DNA from: a virus
IMG/VR virus record: IMGVR_UViG_3300043570_000570
Coordinates: 52,183-116,182 of that record
Reading direction: 5' to 3' (one strand)
DNA: 64,000 nt
This document shows, piece by piece, positions 1 through 10,727 of the stretch (positions are counted from its first letter, which is position 1; each line of letters opens with the position of its first letter). Made by a program: the position numbers and the translations under genes. Below the pieces are notes generated by a model, which saw only the letters and a list, made by a program, of their open reading frames with translations, had not been told where the DNA came from and ran no database searches.

Positions 1-1
1 T

Positions 2-409
2 ATCATCTAGATACTTAGTAGTAAGTTCTCCGTGTCTAATTAAGTCTATGGTTATTGGCTCAGAACATTTGTTTTCTTTAGCTATAGCGTAAGACGAAAT
101 ATAGAACATATAGTTTACTGCATCTTTCAAAGGGCAGTCATAGCCAATGTGAAAGAGATCGTTTGTTTTAATTGGTTTTAAAAGAACGTTAGATTGTTTT
201 AAGACTTGTAAGTCGTCAATCCGTTTTCTGATAGAATCATACCCTACTCTATAAACGTTGTTAGGATTAAGTTTAGTTTTAACCCAACTAACTTGAGCTT
301 TGTTGAGATAAACCATAATGTCTTCAATCGGGATATCAATGTTATCCTGACGGTTGACTTTGTTTATGGTTAGTTTAAACTCATAGATGAGTTCCTCAAC
401 TGAGATCAT
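2..409 (-). CDS. crAss-like tail ring / head-tail adaptor protein (partial, runs off window)
   Basis: Not in ORF track. ATG at 409 reads MISVEELIYEFKLTINKV...YLNKAQ...GYDSIRKRIDDLQVL, open to the window edge. LNxAQ and KRIDDL motifs and position two genes after the MCP fit crAss ring proteins. Confidence 0.65.
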   Translation of the reverse strand, partial: MISVEELIYEFKLTINKVNRQDNIDIPIEDIMVYLNKAQVSWVKTKLNPNNVYRVGYDSIRKRIDDLQVLKQSNVLLKPIKTNDLFHIGYDCPLKDAVNYMFYISSYAIAKENKCSEPITIDLIRHGELTTKYLDD

Positions 410-424
410 AGTTTTTGTTTATTT

Positions 425-1363
425 TTAGAGAGCGTCAATTCTAGCTTTATTCTTTAACTTATCCTTAAAGGAATCGTATTCTTCAGTGTGTTTAGGGTCA
501 GTTAAGAAAAGTTCAAACTCTTCAATTGACTTAGCCCATACATGCTCACCTTCGTATATGATAGAACCTTTAATTCTTACTATGTTTTTGTCTACTAGGT
601 CTTTAACAAGAGCCTTAACATCAAGCAAGTCATCACTATAAGAAGTGATTTTTGCAAACTGTTCAATAGGATCTCTGTCCATTGCACTAGCAGGTGTACG
701 TAAGAATTCATCTATAGCATTATAAACTTCTTCTTCTGTACTATCCATTGGCAATCCTAAGCCGATAAGTTTCTGAATCTTCTTACGCTTAACTGCAGTC
801 ATCTTATCAAGAGATGCAATAGCGCTGTTGATCTTTTTCTTGCGTTCAAAGGTTACCTTTGTTTCAACTTCTCCATTGTAAACATAAAACTTTACAATTG
901 AGGTGTCTACTTTTCCACTTTCAATGTCATCTAATGAATTGGCTACCATATCAGTCTCCATAATCCAATAGAAATTTACAGCTTCACGGGGGTTCTCCAT
1001 GTTAAAGATGTTTTCACCATCTTCTAGGGTAACTCCGTTTTCTTTCATTTCGTCATAGAACGTACTATTAGGTTCTAAAGATTCGTCAAGGATCGACTCA
1101 TAGTAATCTTTCAATTGCTTGATTCGTTGTACCTCAGCTTCTTTTACTTTAGGATCAAAGATGGCTCTGATTTTTGGAGAGTTCTCATCTAATCCTGTCC
1201 TAATAACTCCACGTGAATCTACACGAGGATAAAACTTTCTTGTTGTTCCTGGAATGAATGAATATCCATTCTGGTACAATGATCCTTCTAACGTACGCAT
1301 GTTAGAGGGTTCTCTTTTGTAAGGGCGAATAATGCGCATACCCTTAATGTTGTTGTTACTCAT
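425..1363 (-). CDS. Conserved crAss-like protein encoded directly after the major capsid gene
   Basis: 312 aa; synteny TerL-portal-acidic protein-MCP-this gene-ring protein. Confidence 0.6.
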   Translation of the reverse strand: MSNNNIKGMRIIRPYKREPSNMRTLEGSLYQNGYSFIPGTTRKFYPRVDSRGVIRTGLDENSPKIRAIFDPKVKEAEVQRIKQLKDYYESILDESLEPNSTFYDEMKENGVTLEDGENIFNMENPREAVNFYWIMETDMVANSLDDIESGKVDTSIVKFYVYNGEVETKVTFERKKKINSAIASLDKMTAVKRKKIQKLIGLGLPMDSTEEEVYNAIDEFLRTPASAMDRDPIEQFAKITSYSDDLLDVKALVKDLVDKNIVRIKGSIIYEGEHVWAKSIEEFELFLTDPKHTEEYDSFKDKLKNKARIDAL

Positions 1364-1445
1364 TTGGTTTGGTTTTTGGTTTAGGGGTTCTAATCTTTAT
1401 CTATTTGGGAGGAGTGATTAAACCCCTCCCTTATAGAATCGTTAA

Positions 1446-2975
1446 TTAGATACGAGGGAATTCTTTAATGATTACTGACTTAGTAGGATCTTCCAAGAAG
1501 ATACCGCAGAAGTCTTTCATCATGTAGGTGGAGTAAGGATCTTTGCTAGCAACAACAGTTTGTTGGCTTCCGAATCCTACTGAACCTGGGATATACTGAT
1601 AGTACATGTTAGGACGAGTAGACAATTTCACTTCACGAATTCCAGCGTCATCTTGACCACTGATATCCAAAATGATAAAGATTGGAGGAGTCTTCTTGTT
1701 AGGACCCAATTCCAAGAAAGTTGCATGCTCATTCAATTGCTCTAGTTCTACGAACTCAACTGGACCAGTTTCAGTAGTCATGAAGTGATCAAATTGGAAA
1801 GCATAACCTTGCTTCAAACGATCTTTACCATCCATGAACTTACCTGCATCTACCATGAAGTTCTGACCGTTGAAGTCTTTACGGATAGCAGTAGCTGCTA
1901 ATTCCATACCAGAACGGTTAGTGTAGATTTTAACGCTACGATCTTTGATCAACACACGGTTGTAGAACAAATCTCCAACAGCAGCACGAATCAAGTTCAA
2001 AGAGAACTGACCACGATCATAATAGATAACGTTACCCAAGTGAAGTTGTTGCCACAAACCTTGCTTAGCACGAGTTGGACGACCTTTTTCATCTTTAGCG
2101 TTACCTTGACGACCCCACATCAATGTGTTGGCCTTCATACGCATCATCTCCATACGAAGCAAACGAGATACTGTAGGCTCCCAACCAACAATCTTGGTCT
2201 TTTCGCCAACAGCCATAGCATCAGTTACAGAATAATAAGTAATGTCTAAAGGATTGCCTGTAGCATCTGTCTGCATACCCAATTTGGTTGCATCAGCCCA
2301 GTCAGTGATAGTGTGTTCAACACCATACTGTTGCAATACATCAGCCATAACTTCTAAGTTACCATCAAACAATCCCAAGCTAGAGAAAGAAGTGGTGAAT
2401 TCACCCAAGATGTTACCAATCTTGAAGTACTCAGTACCGATTTGTAAGAAACGTTGGTTAACGAAATCAGAACTAGAAGCACCAATTGCACGAGCACGGT
2501 ACTTAAAACCATTCTGATACTTTTCACCTTCAGCTACAACTTGGATCTGAGTTTCTTGCTCATAACGATGTGCAGTGATGATATCGTTTACAACGAATAC
2601 ATTTTTGTCAAACACAATCTCGAACTCTTGTCCATCAATACCAGGTTTAGCAATGCTAGAAGCCAAGTTAACAATAACTTTAGGCAATTCAGCACGCTTC
2701 TTGATTTTGTAAGTGAACACACCATTAGGATCGTTAACCATGTAGGGCTTACCGCTCTTCATAACTAGGTCGATCAAATCGTTAGAATACAATTTAGTGT
2801 CAGTGAATAGACGGATCATCATTTTGTCATACTGGTCAGGCTTAGTGCGCAACATAGTTTCTACAAAATTCTTGTCAGTCAATTTACCCAAACCATTCTT
2901 AGAATAGAATGAGCTGGTCATGTGGGCGTTAGCTATAACTCTCCCGTTAACCCTTGGAATACTTTGATTAGGCAT
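1446..2975 (-). CDS. Major capsid protein (crAss-like)
   Basis: 509 aa, strongly biased codons, LMWG...GLWQQL and C-terminal GIFLEDPTKS motifs, position after portal/scaffold. Confidence 0.88.
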   Translation of the reverse strand: MPNQSIPRVNGRVIANAHMTSSFYSKNGLGKLTDKNFVETMLRTKPDQYDKMMIRLFTDTKLYSNDLIDLVMKSGKPYMVNDPNGVFTYKIKKRAELPKVIVNLASSIAKPGIDGQEFEIVFDKNVFVVNDIITAHRYEQETQIQVVAEGEKYQNGFKYRARAIGASSSDFVNQRFLQIGTEYFKIGNILGEFTTSFSSLGLFDGNLEVMADVLQQYGVEHTITDWADATKLGMQTDATGNPLDITYYSVTDAMAVGEKTKIVGWEPTVSRLLRMEMMRMKANTLMWGRQGNAKDEKGRPTRAKQGLWQQLHLGNVIYYDRGQFSLNLIRAAVGDLFYNRVLIKDRSVKIYTNRSGMELAATAIRKDFNGQNFMVDAGKFMDGKDRLKQGYAFQFDHFMTTETGPVEFVELEQLNEHATFLELGPNKKTPPIFIILDISGQDDAGIREVKLSTRPNMYYQYIPGSVGFGSQQTVVASKDPYSTYMMKDFCGIFLEDPTKSVIIKEFPRI

Positions 2976-3004
2976 AGTAGTAATTTATTTTTGTTTTGTT
3001 TTGT

Positions 3005-4156
3005 TTATTTGAAATACTTTGAGAAGGCATCTTCGTTTGACTTGTTAGACGGTGAAGACTTCTTACTCTTAGTTTTAAGATTGTTGAACAGAGAATTGGT
3101 TTCATCTGTTACTGCTTTTCTTTTTACAGGAGACAAGTCCAAATTGCTTTGAACTAGTTTTGCTACAGCTAAGAACTTACTAGGATCTTCTTGACGCATA
3201 CGAGCTAGTTTGTATTCAAACTCACTAATACGTTGTCCGTTTGGAAGAACATGAGGCTTAGAAAGAACAAAGTCAAATAGTTCGTTTGCAGCTTGCTCAT
3301 TGATAGGATAACCTTCAATAGAACCTGAAGCAATTGCTCCATCTAATACATCTGCATATAACTGTTCTCTTTCTTCTTCTTTCTGTCTCATCACTTGAAC
3401 CCTTGCTTCACTCTCTTGGGCAAGTACTGCTCTTTCCTGTTGCATTTTCTCTACAAGTTTACCGTGGTATTTTTGAGAGTAGGCTTCTAAGCGATCATTG
3501 TCCCTAGCGTAGTTAAGTTGATCTTGGATTTCATCTTCGTCCATTCCTGTTTTAGCTAGATACAAACGGAAAACTCTTTCCTGATTTGATTCTACACTCA
3601 AGTCTACATTTTCTACAATCTGTTCGTTAGAGAACTTCTGTAAGTATTCTTGTACTGGAACTTTATTAATGAAGATATCTTCGATCATCTGTACTCCTGC
3701 TTCTCCGTAGGTTTCTGTTGCAAGTTGCTCTAGTTGATTCCAAGCCTTGTCTTCGATGGTATCATTCATCTTAGCTAAGAAGGTTTGTTCATTCCATTCG
3801 ATTTCTTCGCCTTCTTCTACATTAAGCATTCCTGCTTGTATAAGACCATTGGCAAAAACCTCAAATTGATTCTCTTCTCCTTCTTCATCTTCGTCATCCT
3901 CTAGGTTTACTTCTTCTTCCTCTTCTTCTGCAGGTGCAGGAGTAGTTTTCTTTTTAGGTAAAGGTAAATCATCATCTCCTAAAGGATCTTCAGAACCTTC
4001 TGGCTCTGTTTCCTCAGCTAGGGGATCGTAATTTTCCCCATTTAAGATGTCTGGTTTGACGTTGGCATTGGGATCTTCTGCGGCATCCTCGAAAGGATCA
4101 TCCACGGAAAAACTGTCAAAGAACTCTAAGTTCTCTAATGGATTATCATTAGTCAT
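3005..4156 (-). CDS. Acidic scaffolding-like protein
   Basis: 383 aa, very D/E-rich N-terminus then coiled coil; between portal and MCP. Confidence 0.65.
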   Translation of the reverse strand: MTNDNPLENLEFFDSFSVDDPFEDAAEDPNANVKPDILNGENYDPLAEETEPEGSEDPLGDDDLPLPKKKTTPAPAEEEEEEVNLEDDEDEEGEENQFEVFANGLIQAGMLNVEEGEEIEWNEQTFLAKMNDTIEDKAWNQLEQLATETYGEAGVQMIEDIFINKVPVQEYLQKFSNEQIVENVDLSVESNQERVFRLYLAKTGMDEDEIQDQLNYARDNDRLEAYSQKYHGKLVEKMQQERAVLAQESEARVQVMRQKEEEREQLYADVLDGAIASGSIEGYPINEQAANELFDFVLSKPHVLPNGQRISEFEYKLARMRQEDPSKFLAVAKLVQSNLDLSPVKRKAVTDETNSLFNNLKTKSKKSSPSNKSNEDAFSKYFK

Positions 4157-4292
4157 AATGGTTAGTTTGGTTTAATTCAAAAATAGTATTTTAAAAAATT
4201 AACACAAGAGATTAATTATTTATGATACGTTATATACAATATGTTGAAAAGGGGGATTTTGTAGCTCATAAACCCCCCAATTTCAGATCATT

Positions 4293-6746
4293 CTAGCGCT
4301 TTTTTGAGCCAGAATCGTATTTGTTTTTATTTGTTTGAGCTATTTTTAGCTTAGTGTCGATATCTTTCTCCTTGAGTGCTAGCTCTTTCTCTTTCAAACT
4401 CAGCTCTTTATTCTTAGTTACTTTCTCGAAAGTTTGTTTAGAAATATCTTGAGCTATTTTAGTTTGTTCAATTAAAAGTCCAGTAGTATCTACTTCTGGA
4501 TTATAAGAACCTTCGTTAGCAATACCTTGAAGTTGAACAATCTGAAGTTTGTTCTCACGATCTAACTGTTTGTTCATGTCATCACGTTGAGCTTCTTTCT
4601 CATCTTGGGCAGCTTCCATTTGCATCTTCTGCTGGAACTGTTCTTGTTGTTGTTGCAACTCTTGCTGTTTAAGTGCTTGATCTTGTTGACGGATAGCTTC
4701 TTTACGTTTCTGTACATCACCTAATGTCTTACGAAGACTTCTCTCAGAGTTAGCTGTAAACAAGTCTACCATTTCAGAAAGCTCTGCTCCATTCTGCATT
4801 GCAGGCTGAGCCAATTGCTTTAACTGCTCTAGAGTTACTTTGTCTTCTGCGTATGAGGATACAAATACAAACAACTCGTGAAGTAGTTCGTTCTTGCTTA
4901 CTCGTAGAAATACATTCTCTAATTCAGAGTTAAGATAGTTAAGCGTAGAAGTAGGTTTCTGCAATTCAATGTACTGAGCCATATCTAGAATAGTCTGATA
5001 TACTCTTTGAAGTACGTTGTCATGCCAAGCAAACCAAGTTTCTGTTTGAGCAAAAGATTGAATCAAAGCATTGTTAGCAGCTGTTGCTGTATCTGATGCC
5101 TGTGAGTTACCTAGACGTTGACGAGTAATACCCACTAACTCATAGGCCTCTAGACGAAGTTGTTGAGCTAATTGGATACGTGCTTGGATTTCTTGAGAAC
5201 GTGTAAGGTCAATACGAGAGAACTGGTTAAACTGTACAGCTCCTCCTGTATTCTCAATTGAAGTATCAATCAAAAGAGTACCTCTGTTCTTAGCATTCCA
5301 TAACATTGTCTCAATGGGATCTTGAGAGTCTTTTTTAGGAACTACCTTTAAGTCACCTAAGAATACAACACCAATCTCTTTTTCAAGTAATTCCCATAAC
5401 TGGTTCATACAAATGTTATAAAGAACCTGGTAAGGCTTAAGAAGATCTAGAAGAGATTTACCTTGAGTATTACGAGAAGTATTAATGATTCCTACTAATG
5501 GACAATCTTGGATAAACTCTAGAGGTTCTACGTTTACGTAGATATTAGCTCCAATTTTGATTCCTCTCCACCACTCATTGATCCAAAGTTCTTCAACAGA
5601 AATATCTCCTAGAGTTTTATCCATTTTGTACTCTTCAGATACAAACATCTCTTGTTGGTATCCTTCTTCATCTAGGTAAGTTCTTTTAAAGATTTTTTTC
5701 TTAGACTGCCAGTACGAAGTAATTACCGTATAGGCATGCTGAGAGTTAAAAGAAAATACGTTGTGATCAATACCTCCATTAGCAAAGTCACCTACGTTCT
5801 CAAACGTTAATTGCCACAAAGGATCGTTAGGATCTGGAAGTGCAGGAGCCATAGGAGAGTATTCGTTATTCCTTAAGTTCTGAAGAGAACGATCTCTTAA
5901 GTGTTCTACTTCTTCTCCTGTTAAGGTGTAGCGATCTACAATCTCAGTCATAGAAAGAACTTCAATAAGTCCTAGTGCCCAACAGTCTGTAGTGTACTGA
6001 GCATTACGATTGCCTAAGTACCATACGTTAGAAGGGTTCTCTACTTTATAATTAAATCCTAAGCGAGAATTATCAGGGTAGAAGTGGTGAAACTCTTTAC
6101 CTGTTACTAAGAAGTCTAGAAATGATTGTTGAGATTTATCTCTAAAGTTAAAATGATATTTAAGAGCATTAAGAGTTTTGTTACCCCATTCTTCAGCAAC
6201 TGAAGTATAATCCAAGATTTTATTCTGAATGTCTTGCTCCATCTGTGCTCTTTGTTCAGGATCAATTTCTTGTCCTTCTAGCTGAGCTTCTAAGTTTTTT
6301 AAGAAGTGTTCTTTAATTAACTCTGTTCTAAAGTCAATAGTTTCGTTAATCGCTTCATCATCTACAGCTTTTACTTTGTATTTGTGAGGACGGTTAATCA
6401 ACTCTCCTTTTAACTGATTGATAGGAGGGTTTACTATTGGATAGTGCTTTAAGTGCTGAGGAACATCTGGATCCTGGTTAGGAGCATCTTCCAAGTAACT
6501 AATTAGCTCTTGATAGTCTGCTACGTTTGTATAGTCAGCAAAGTTAAATTCACCGTTAAGTAAGCGGTAGTTCTTTCTAAATTCTACGTTCTGCTTGTAT
6601 TGTGCAAATGCAATATTTGCAAAGTAGTCCATAGTAGACTTTACCCAATGCTCAGACTGCTTCTCTTTTAAGCTTACAAATTGCTCAGGGTAGAAGTAGG
6701 CATGATTGACAGGGTCAGTATGCTCTTTAAATGCTTCAATAATCAT
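4293..6746 (-). CDS. Portal protein (crAss-like)
   Basis: 817 aa after TerL; HYPIVNPPIN.LKGE, EWWRGIKIG, KPYQVLYN, GITRQRLG motifs; Q-rich coiled-coil C-terminus. Confidence 0.9.
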   Translation of the reverse strand: MIIEAFKEHTDPVNHAYFYPEQFVSLKEKQSEHWVKSTMDYFANIAFAQYKQNVEFRKNYRLLNGEFNFADYTNVADYQELISYLEDAPNQDPDVPQHLKHYPIVNPPINQLKGELINRPHKYKVKAVDDEAINETIDFRTELIKEHFLKNLEAQLEGQEIDPEQRAQMEQDIQNKILDYTSVAEEWGNKTLNALKYHFNFRDKSQQSFLDFLVTGKEFHHFYPDNSRLGFNYKVENPSNVWYLGNRNAQYTTDCWALGLIEVLSMTEIVDRYTLTGEEVEHLRDRSLQNLRNNEYSPMAPALPDPNDPLWQLTFENVGDFANGGIDHNVFSFNSQHAYTVITSYWQSKKKIFKRTYLDEEGYQQEMFVSEEYKMDKTLGDISVEELWINEWWRGIKIGANIYVNVEPLEFIQDCPLVGIINTSRNTQGKSLLDLLKPYQVLYNICMNQLWELLEKEIGVVFLGDLKVVPKKDSQDPIETMLWNAKNRGTLLIDTSIENTGGAVQFNQFSRIDLTRSQEIQARIQLAQQLRLEAYELVGITRQRLGNSQASDTATAANNALIQSFAQTETWFAWHDNVLQRVYQTILDMAQYIELQKPTSTLNYLNSELENVFLRVSKNELLHELFVFVSSYAEDKVTLEQLKQLAQPAMQNGAELSEMVDLFTANSERSLRKTLGDVQKRKEAIRQQDQALKQQELQQQQEQFQQKMQMEAAQDEKEAQRDDMNKQLDRENKLQIVQLQGIANEGSYNPEVDTTGLLIEQTKIAQDISKQTFEKVTKNKELSLKEKELALKEKDIDTKLKIAQTNKNKYDSGSKKR

Positions 6747-6775
6747 TTTAGTATATTTGTTTTAGTTTAGTAGTA

Positions 6776-8785
6776 TTAGTATCTAAATGGGGATGAGGTT
6801 GTACGGAACAATGAGTTTCCTTTCTTCTCTCGGAAGTAAGCTTGGATTCTATTGTCGTCACTAGAGTTTGAAATAATAACCTGTGTAGTAAGAGTCTTAG
6901 CCATAGCTAAAGTTAATCCGAATGAAATAACTCGGTCAACGTTTAACTTAGGTGTAAACTTAATTAACTCCTTAATCAAGAGAGGATCTAAGATTCTAGT
7001 TACACCTAGTCTTTCTTTTATGATAGCTCCGTCTTCATCTCTTTCTACTTCTATTACTTCGGTTATGTACTCGATGATAAGAGACATCAAATAGTTCTTA
7101 ATGTCTTTAGTCATGTGAATACCATAGTCACGATTAACTGTAGAGTTAGGGTGGATATCATTTAGGAACTTAGGCGTCTTCTCTAGGACTTTAGGAGACT
7201 CGTTCTTATCTACACAATGCTGTATAAAACCATAGTCCATGTTTTCACAAAGAGTCTTAGCATTATAATACTTAAGAAGCATCTTAGTTGTCTCATACCA
7301 AGTCTCAATTTTCTTAGGACGACCTGTGTAACAAGCTACAACTATATTCTGCCAGCCTTCTCCACTTAAGTTATGGACCCTCTTATAAATATAAGTAGAA
7401 CCCAAAGAAGTTGAGTAGTGTGCCTGTGATTGTTTGTAAGGATCCGTTCCTGCTGTATAAAGTCCATAGGGGGCTTCTGAGAGAGGATATTCCCAAATCT
7501 GAACACAACCCTCAATAGGATCTGTAGACTTAACAGGGAAGTTAATAACAGGCTTCTTATCTGTAAACTTGTGTCTGATCTTTCCTTCAGAGTTAATGAA
7601 AAGTTCTACGTTGTCTGCTTGAATTTCTTGGGCACTTAGTTTCTGTAGTTGTTCTTGAAGTAAGTCTACAGGGAATATGTTCTGAGATAGTTCTAAGAAA
7701 CACTCTTCGTGATTTAAAGGATAGTACATTACTTCTTTTAAGTAAGCTTCTAATCCGTTTGATTTCTTAGTCTGTTCTCTAGACTTTAAGATAAGTTCTT
7801 TTCCTTTTTCTTCATCTGCTACCCAGATCTTAATTAGATCTAACTCAGAAGGATTTTCTTTACCTAAGTAAAGTCCTAGAGGAGTTTCTTGCTTTGGAAC
7901 TTTCAAAGAACGTGTACCTGGAATAAAGAGTCCATAAGACTTTCCTGTTTCATTAGATTCTACAGGAAGGAAGTTATAGGCTTCAGGATTGTTAAAGAGT
8001 TCTTCTAGGTCTGCTGCCTTAGTCATATCTCCAGAAGTTCCGATGACAAAAGGAGAACAACGCCATCCAAATGGACTGTCAAAACAAGGAGTAGTTGCCG
8101 CTAAGCAAGAAAGGATCTTTCCTTTTCCTCCTTCTTCTAAGAGAAATGAAGATAGAGTAAGACCTGCCGCTGCCTCCGTATTGTTGCCTTCATCAAAGTT
8201 ACGTACGTGGAACTTAGACCACTCATTACGAGAGTTAGTTCTCTTGTCTTTAAATCCTAAAGTTACCTGTCTCTTCCAGTCATCCTCAATACGAGGAAAT
8301 CTAAAGTAGTCAGGAAGGTTTCTAATACCTAAGTCTACGTAATCTGTGATTACTTTTAAGTCAGGTTGGTTAAGCGCAGATATCAAATTGTCAGAACCTT
8401 TCTGTGTAATGGCTTTGTGAGCCATATAAGAAGAAGTTAAAACTGACTTAGAGATACGTCTTGATCCTACCATCACAACTCCTTTCTTTCCGTCTACGTG
8501 ATTTTCTGCTTTGTGGATAGTCTCGTCTACTGCTAAATAGGTATCCCAAAGCTGAGGTTTGTCTAGCTTTCTAATTTGACGCTTACCTACCATTGTATCT
8601 ATGTATATAGACCAGTAGTTTAAATGCCAATAAATAAAAGGCGAGAAATAGAATCCATTAATAGTTACACCTTCTGTAATCTTTTTGTCTTCATTCTCCC
8701 AAAATGCATCATACTCCTCTGAGCCAATCTCAGGGAAGGACTTAACATTAATAAAGAATTCTGGACTTTCTAGATTAGCATGCAT
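6776..8785 (-). CDS. terL: Terminase large subunit
   Basis: Walker A-like GSRRISKS, Walker B LLEEGG, GTSG motif, nuclease GTDPY, C-terminal NVDRV; no intein-sized insertion. Confidence 0.92.
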   Translation of the reverse strand: MHANLESPEFFINVKSFPEIGSEEYDAFWENEDKKITEGVTINGFYFSPFIYWHLNYWSIYIDTMVGKRQIRKLDKPQLWDTYLAVDETIHKAENHVDGKKGVVMVGSRRISKSVLTSSYMAHKAITQKGSDNLISALNQPDLKVITDYVDLGIRNLPDYFRFPRIEDDWKRQVTLGFKDKRTNSRNEWSKFHVRNFDEGNNTEAAAGLTLSSFLLEEGGKGKILSCLAATTPCFDSPFGWRCSPFVIGTSGDMTKAADLEELFNNPEAYNFLPVESNETGKSYGLFIPGTRSLKVPKQETPLGLYLGKENPSELDLIKIWVADEEKGKELILKSREQTKKSNGLEAYLKEVMYYPLNHEECFLELSQNIFPVDLLQEQLQKLSAQEIQADNVELFINSEGKIRHKFTDKKPVINFPVKSTDPIEGCVQIWEYPLSEAPYGLYTAGTDPYKQSQAHYSTSLGSTYIYKRVHNLSGEGWQNIVVACYTGRPKKIETWYETTKMLLKYYNAKTLCENMDYGFIQHCVDKNESPKVLEKTPKFLNDIHPNSTVNRDYGIHMTKDIKNYLMSLIIEYITEVIEVERDEDGAIIKERLGVTRILDPLLIKELIKFTPKLNVDRVISFGLTLAMAKTLTTQVIISNSSDDNRIQAYFREKKGNSLFRTTSSPFRY

Positions 8786-8786
8786 A

Positions 8787-9104
8787 TCAACTGAATTGTT
8801 TCATCTTACCATTAATCTCTTGAGAACCTCTAGCTTCTGCTTTCTGTTCTTCCTTCTCTCTTAACCTATCTACTACTTCTAAAAGAGCTAAGTACTCTTT
8901 CATAGTATCTCTCAAAGATTTGATTTGAGATTCTTGGCTAGCAATAACCATAGGCATAGTTCCACCTTTAGCTGTTGGCTTCCATTCAATTCTATCTTTC
9001 AAAGAGTTAATAGGGTTGTTATCTATATACCCTCTCCACTCAGTTAAGCGTTGTTCTGCCCACTCTAGTTCTGCTGATATGTATGATAATTTCTTAACGG
9101 CCAT
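8787..9104 (-). CDS. Putative terminase small subunit
   Basis: 105 aa helical protein directly upstream of TerL; mainly positional. Confidence 0.45.
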   Translation of the reverse strand: MAVKKLSYISAELEWAEQRLTEWRGYIDNNPINSLKDRIEWKPTAKGGTMPMVIASQESQIKSLRDTMKEYLALLEVVDRLREKEEQKAEARGSQEINGKMKQFS

Positions 9105-9297
9105 TTGAGTATTTCTTTAAAAATTCTTCTTGAGACATATTCATGATGTCTTCTAGCACACGTGCATAGAATTCTTCATCTCTGCCTGTTTTACTATATG
9201 AGTATCCTGCTTTCCAAAATATCTTAAACGTCTCGAATAAGTTATCTTGTAAAGTAAAGTTTACATATGGCTGGGAGGTTGGTTGGTTGTCTGTCAT
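9094..9297 (-). CDS. Hypothetical protein
   Basis: 67 aa ORF tightly packed in the operon. Confidence 0.6.
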   Translation of the reverse strand: MTDNQPTSQPYVNFTLQDNLFETFKIFWKAGYSYSKTGRDEEFYARVLEDIMNMSQEEFLKKYSNGR

Positions 9298-9298
9298 C

Positions 9299-9427
9299 TT
9301 ATTTTGCTTTAGAAGAAACCTTAGTTAAAGGTTTGTCGGCAGGCAAGAAGTAGATCTGAACTCCACACTTGCTACCTGGTTTTTTGTCGCAACCGTTCTT
9401 GATGGTTACTGTTCTGTGCTTTTCCAT
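9299..9427 (-). CDS. Small hypothetical protein (42 aa)
   Basis: MEKHRTVTIKNGCDKKPGSKCGVQIYF... fills the gap between neighbours; below ORF-track cutoff. Confidence 0.45.
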   Translation of the reverse strand: MEKHRTVTIKNGCDKKPGSKCGVQIYFLPADKPLTKVSSKAK

Positions 9428-9783
9428 TTTAATTCTATTTTATGTAAAGGGTGTTCTGCGTTCCAATCTGCTATTCCACAATCTGAAGATAGAGATGCCG
9501 TTTTGTAGGTAGCGATGCAGCCACAAAACGAACAGTGAAGTTCACTTCTGTTAGTGCTGTAGTGCTTGCCTGTGAGTTGTACATACTCGGCAGAAGTGAC
9601 TGCGTTTCTCGAATTGTAGGGACAATTAATGCAAATGTCCATTCTGTCTGCGATAATGTTCTTCTTTTCATTGCTCAGTAGTTTGAATTGATTCGCTGTC
9701 TTCGTTGCTACTCCCTCCAATACTTTGTTCAAATTCTTTAGCCCCTTCAGGCTCAGGGCCATGTACTCTTTGTAAGGATTCAT
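9406..9783 (-). CDS. Cys-rich zinc-binding protein
   Basis: RMDICINCP...CSFCGC...KT...C pattern. Confidence 0.65.
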   Translation of the reverse strand: MNPYKEYMALSLKGLKNLNKVLEGVATKTANQFKLLSNEKKNIIADRMDICINCPYNSRNAVTSAEYVQLTGKHYSTNRSELHCSFCGCIATYKTASLSSDCGIADWNAEHPLHKIELKWKSTEQ

Positions 9784-10228
9784 ATAATTTCTGGTGGTTT
9801 AATATTTGTGTCTGGTATGTTCTATCCATATACTCTATTGTTTGTTGGTTGTAGAGTTTTTTAAATTGTCCTCTTTCGTATCTGTCTTTAAATAGTTTAA
9901 GCCAATCTCCCAGCATGTAGTAGTTAGCATAACCTCTGATTGCTGTGAGTCCTTGTCTTTCTGTTTCATAAGTTAACAGATACTCTGACTTAAGTTTCTT
10001 AGCTATTACCTTGATTGCTCTAGAAGGGTTAAATACTAAAACTCCTAATCCAGATAATCTTACTTTAACTGTAGGTAGTTCTACTATGTCCTCAATAGTC
10101 TTTTTTAGGTACCACTCGTATACAGTACTTACTTTATCAATAGTAAGACCCATTTCTTTTGCTACATCAGAGTAGGCAGCGTAAGTCTTAATTTCAATAG
10201 TTTCGTATGTATCTCTTATTGAGGTCAT
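9668..10228 (-). CDS. HU/IHF-like DNA-binding protein
   Basis: N-terminal VAKEMGLT...V...VRLSGLGVLVF resembles the HU/IHF fold; IHF-like genes are typical of crAss-like phages. Confidence 0.55.
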   Translation of the reverse strand: MTSIRDTYETIEIKTYAAYSDVAKEMGLTIDKVSTVYEWYLKKTIEDIVELPTVKVRLSGLGVLVFNPSRAIKVIAKKLKSEYLLTYETERQGLTAIRGYANYYMLGDWLKLFKDRYERGQFKKLYNQQTIEYMDRTYQTQILNHQKLYESLQRVHGPEPEGAKEFEQSIGGSSNEDSESIQTTEQ

Positions 10229-10578
10229 GCAGTTGCTACAGCTTCTTGTTTAAGAACAGGTTGATCTAAAGTAGAAAGAACCAGAGTAAGTGTGACACCT
10301 TGCTTGCTAGTAGGACACAATCTTGGGTTGACTGCATTCTTTTCTAAGATGCCCATCTTTCTTAACTTTGTTATCCCGTTAGAGATAACTTGGATTGATG
10401 TGTCAAACTCACTGGCGATTCTTTCTTTTACTACTTTATCTAAAGTACCGTAAAATGAACTATGGGCTAATATACTGGTGTACAGATCGGATAATCTATA
10501 TCCCGCAAGTCTTAGTAGTACATCAATGTATGCCTGATGTAACTTAACTCCTTCTTCGTATTTACGTGCTACTTTCAT
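10225..10578 (-). CDS. Winged-HTH DNA-binding protein, first gene of the packaging/capsid operon
   Basis: RIASEFDTSIQVISNGITKLRKMGIL HTH pattern. Confidence 0.6.
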   Translation of the reverse strand: MKVARKYEEGVKLHQAYIDVLLRLAGYRLSDLYTSILAHSSFYGTLDKVVKERIASEFDTSIQVISNGITKLRKMGILEKNAVNPRLCPTSKQGVTLTLVLSTLDQPVLKQEAVATA

Positions 10579-10601
10579 TGGTTGGTTTGGTTTAACATGA
10601 A

Positions 10602-10631
10602 CAAATATACTATCTTAACAAAAAAAGTCAA
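10602..10631 (-). promoter_or_regulatory. Bacteroidota-type promoter (TTGAC-N17-TATATTTG)
   Basis: TAnnTTTG -7 box; same 22-nt offset from TTGAC as other copies in the window. Confidence 0.7.
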
Positions 10632-10727
10632 GTTATATGTTAACTCAAAGAATACTTTTAACTTAAGATATTAACCGTGTTAACCCAACTCTTAACACCT
10701 ATGGTTATTTTAGTGAAAAACTATCTC

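Noticed and set aside
1446-8785. Stop-codon reassignment (TAG/TGA) as in some crAss-like phages
   Set aside because: MCP, portal, TerL and PolA are full length in code 11, TAG and TGA act as real stops, and the only tRNA seen is Glu(TTC), not a suppressor
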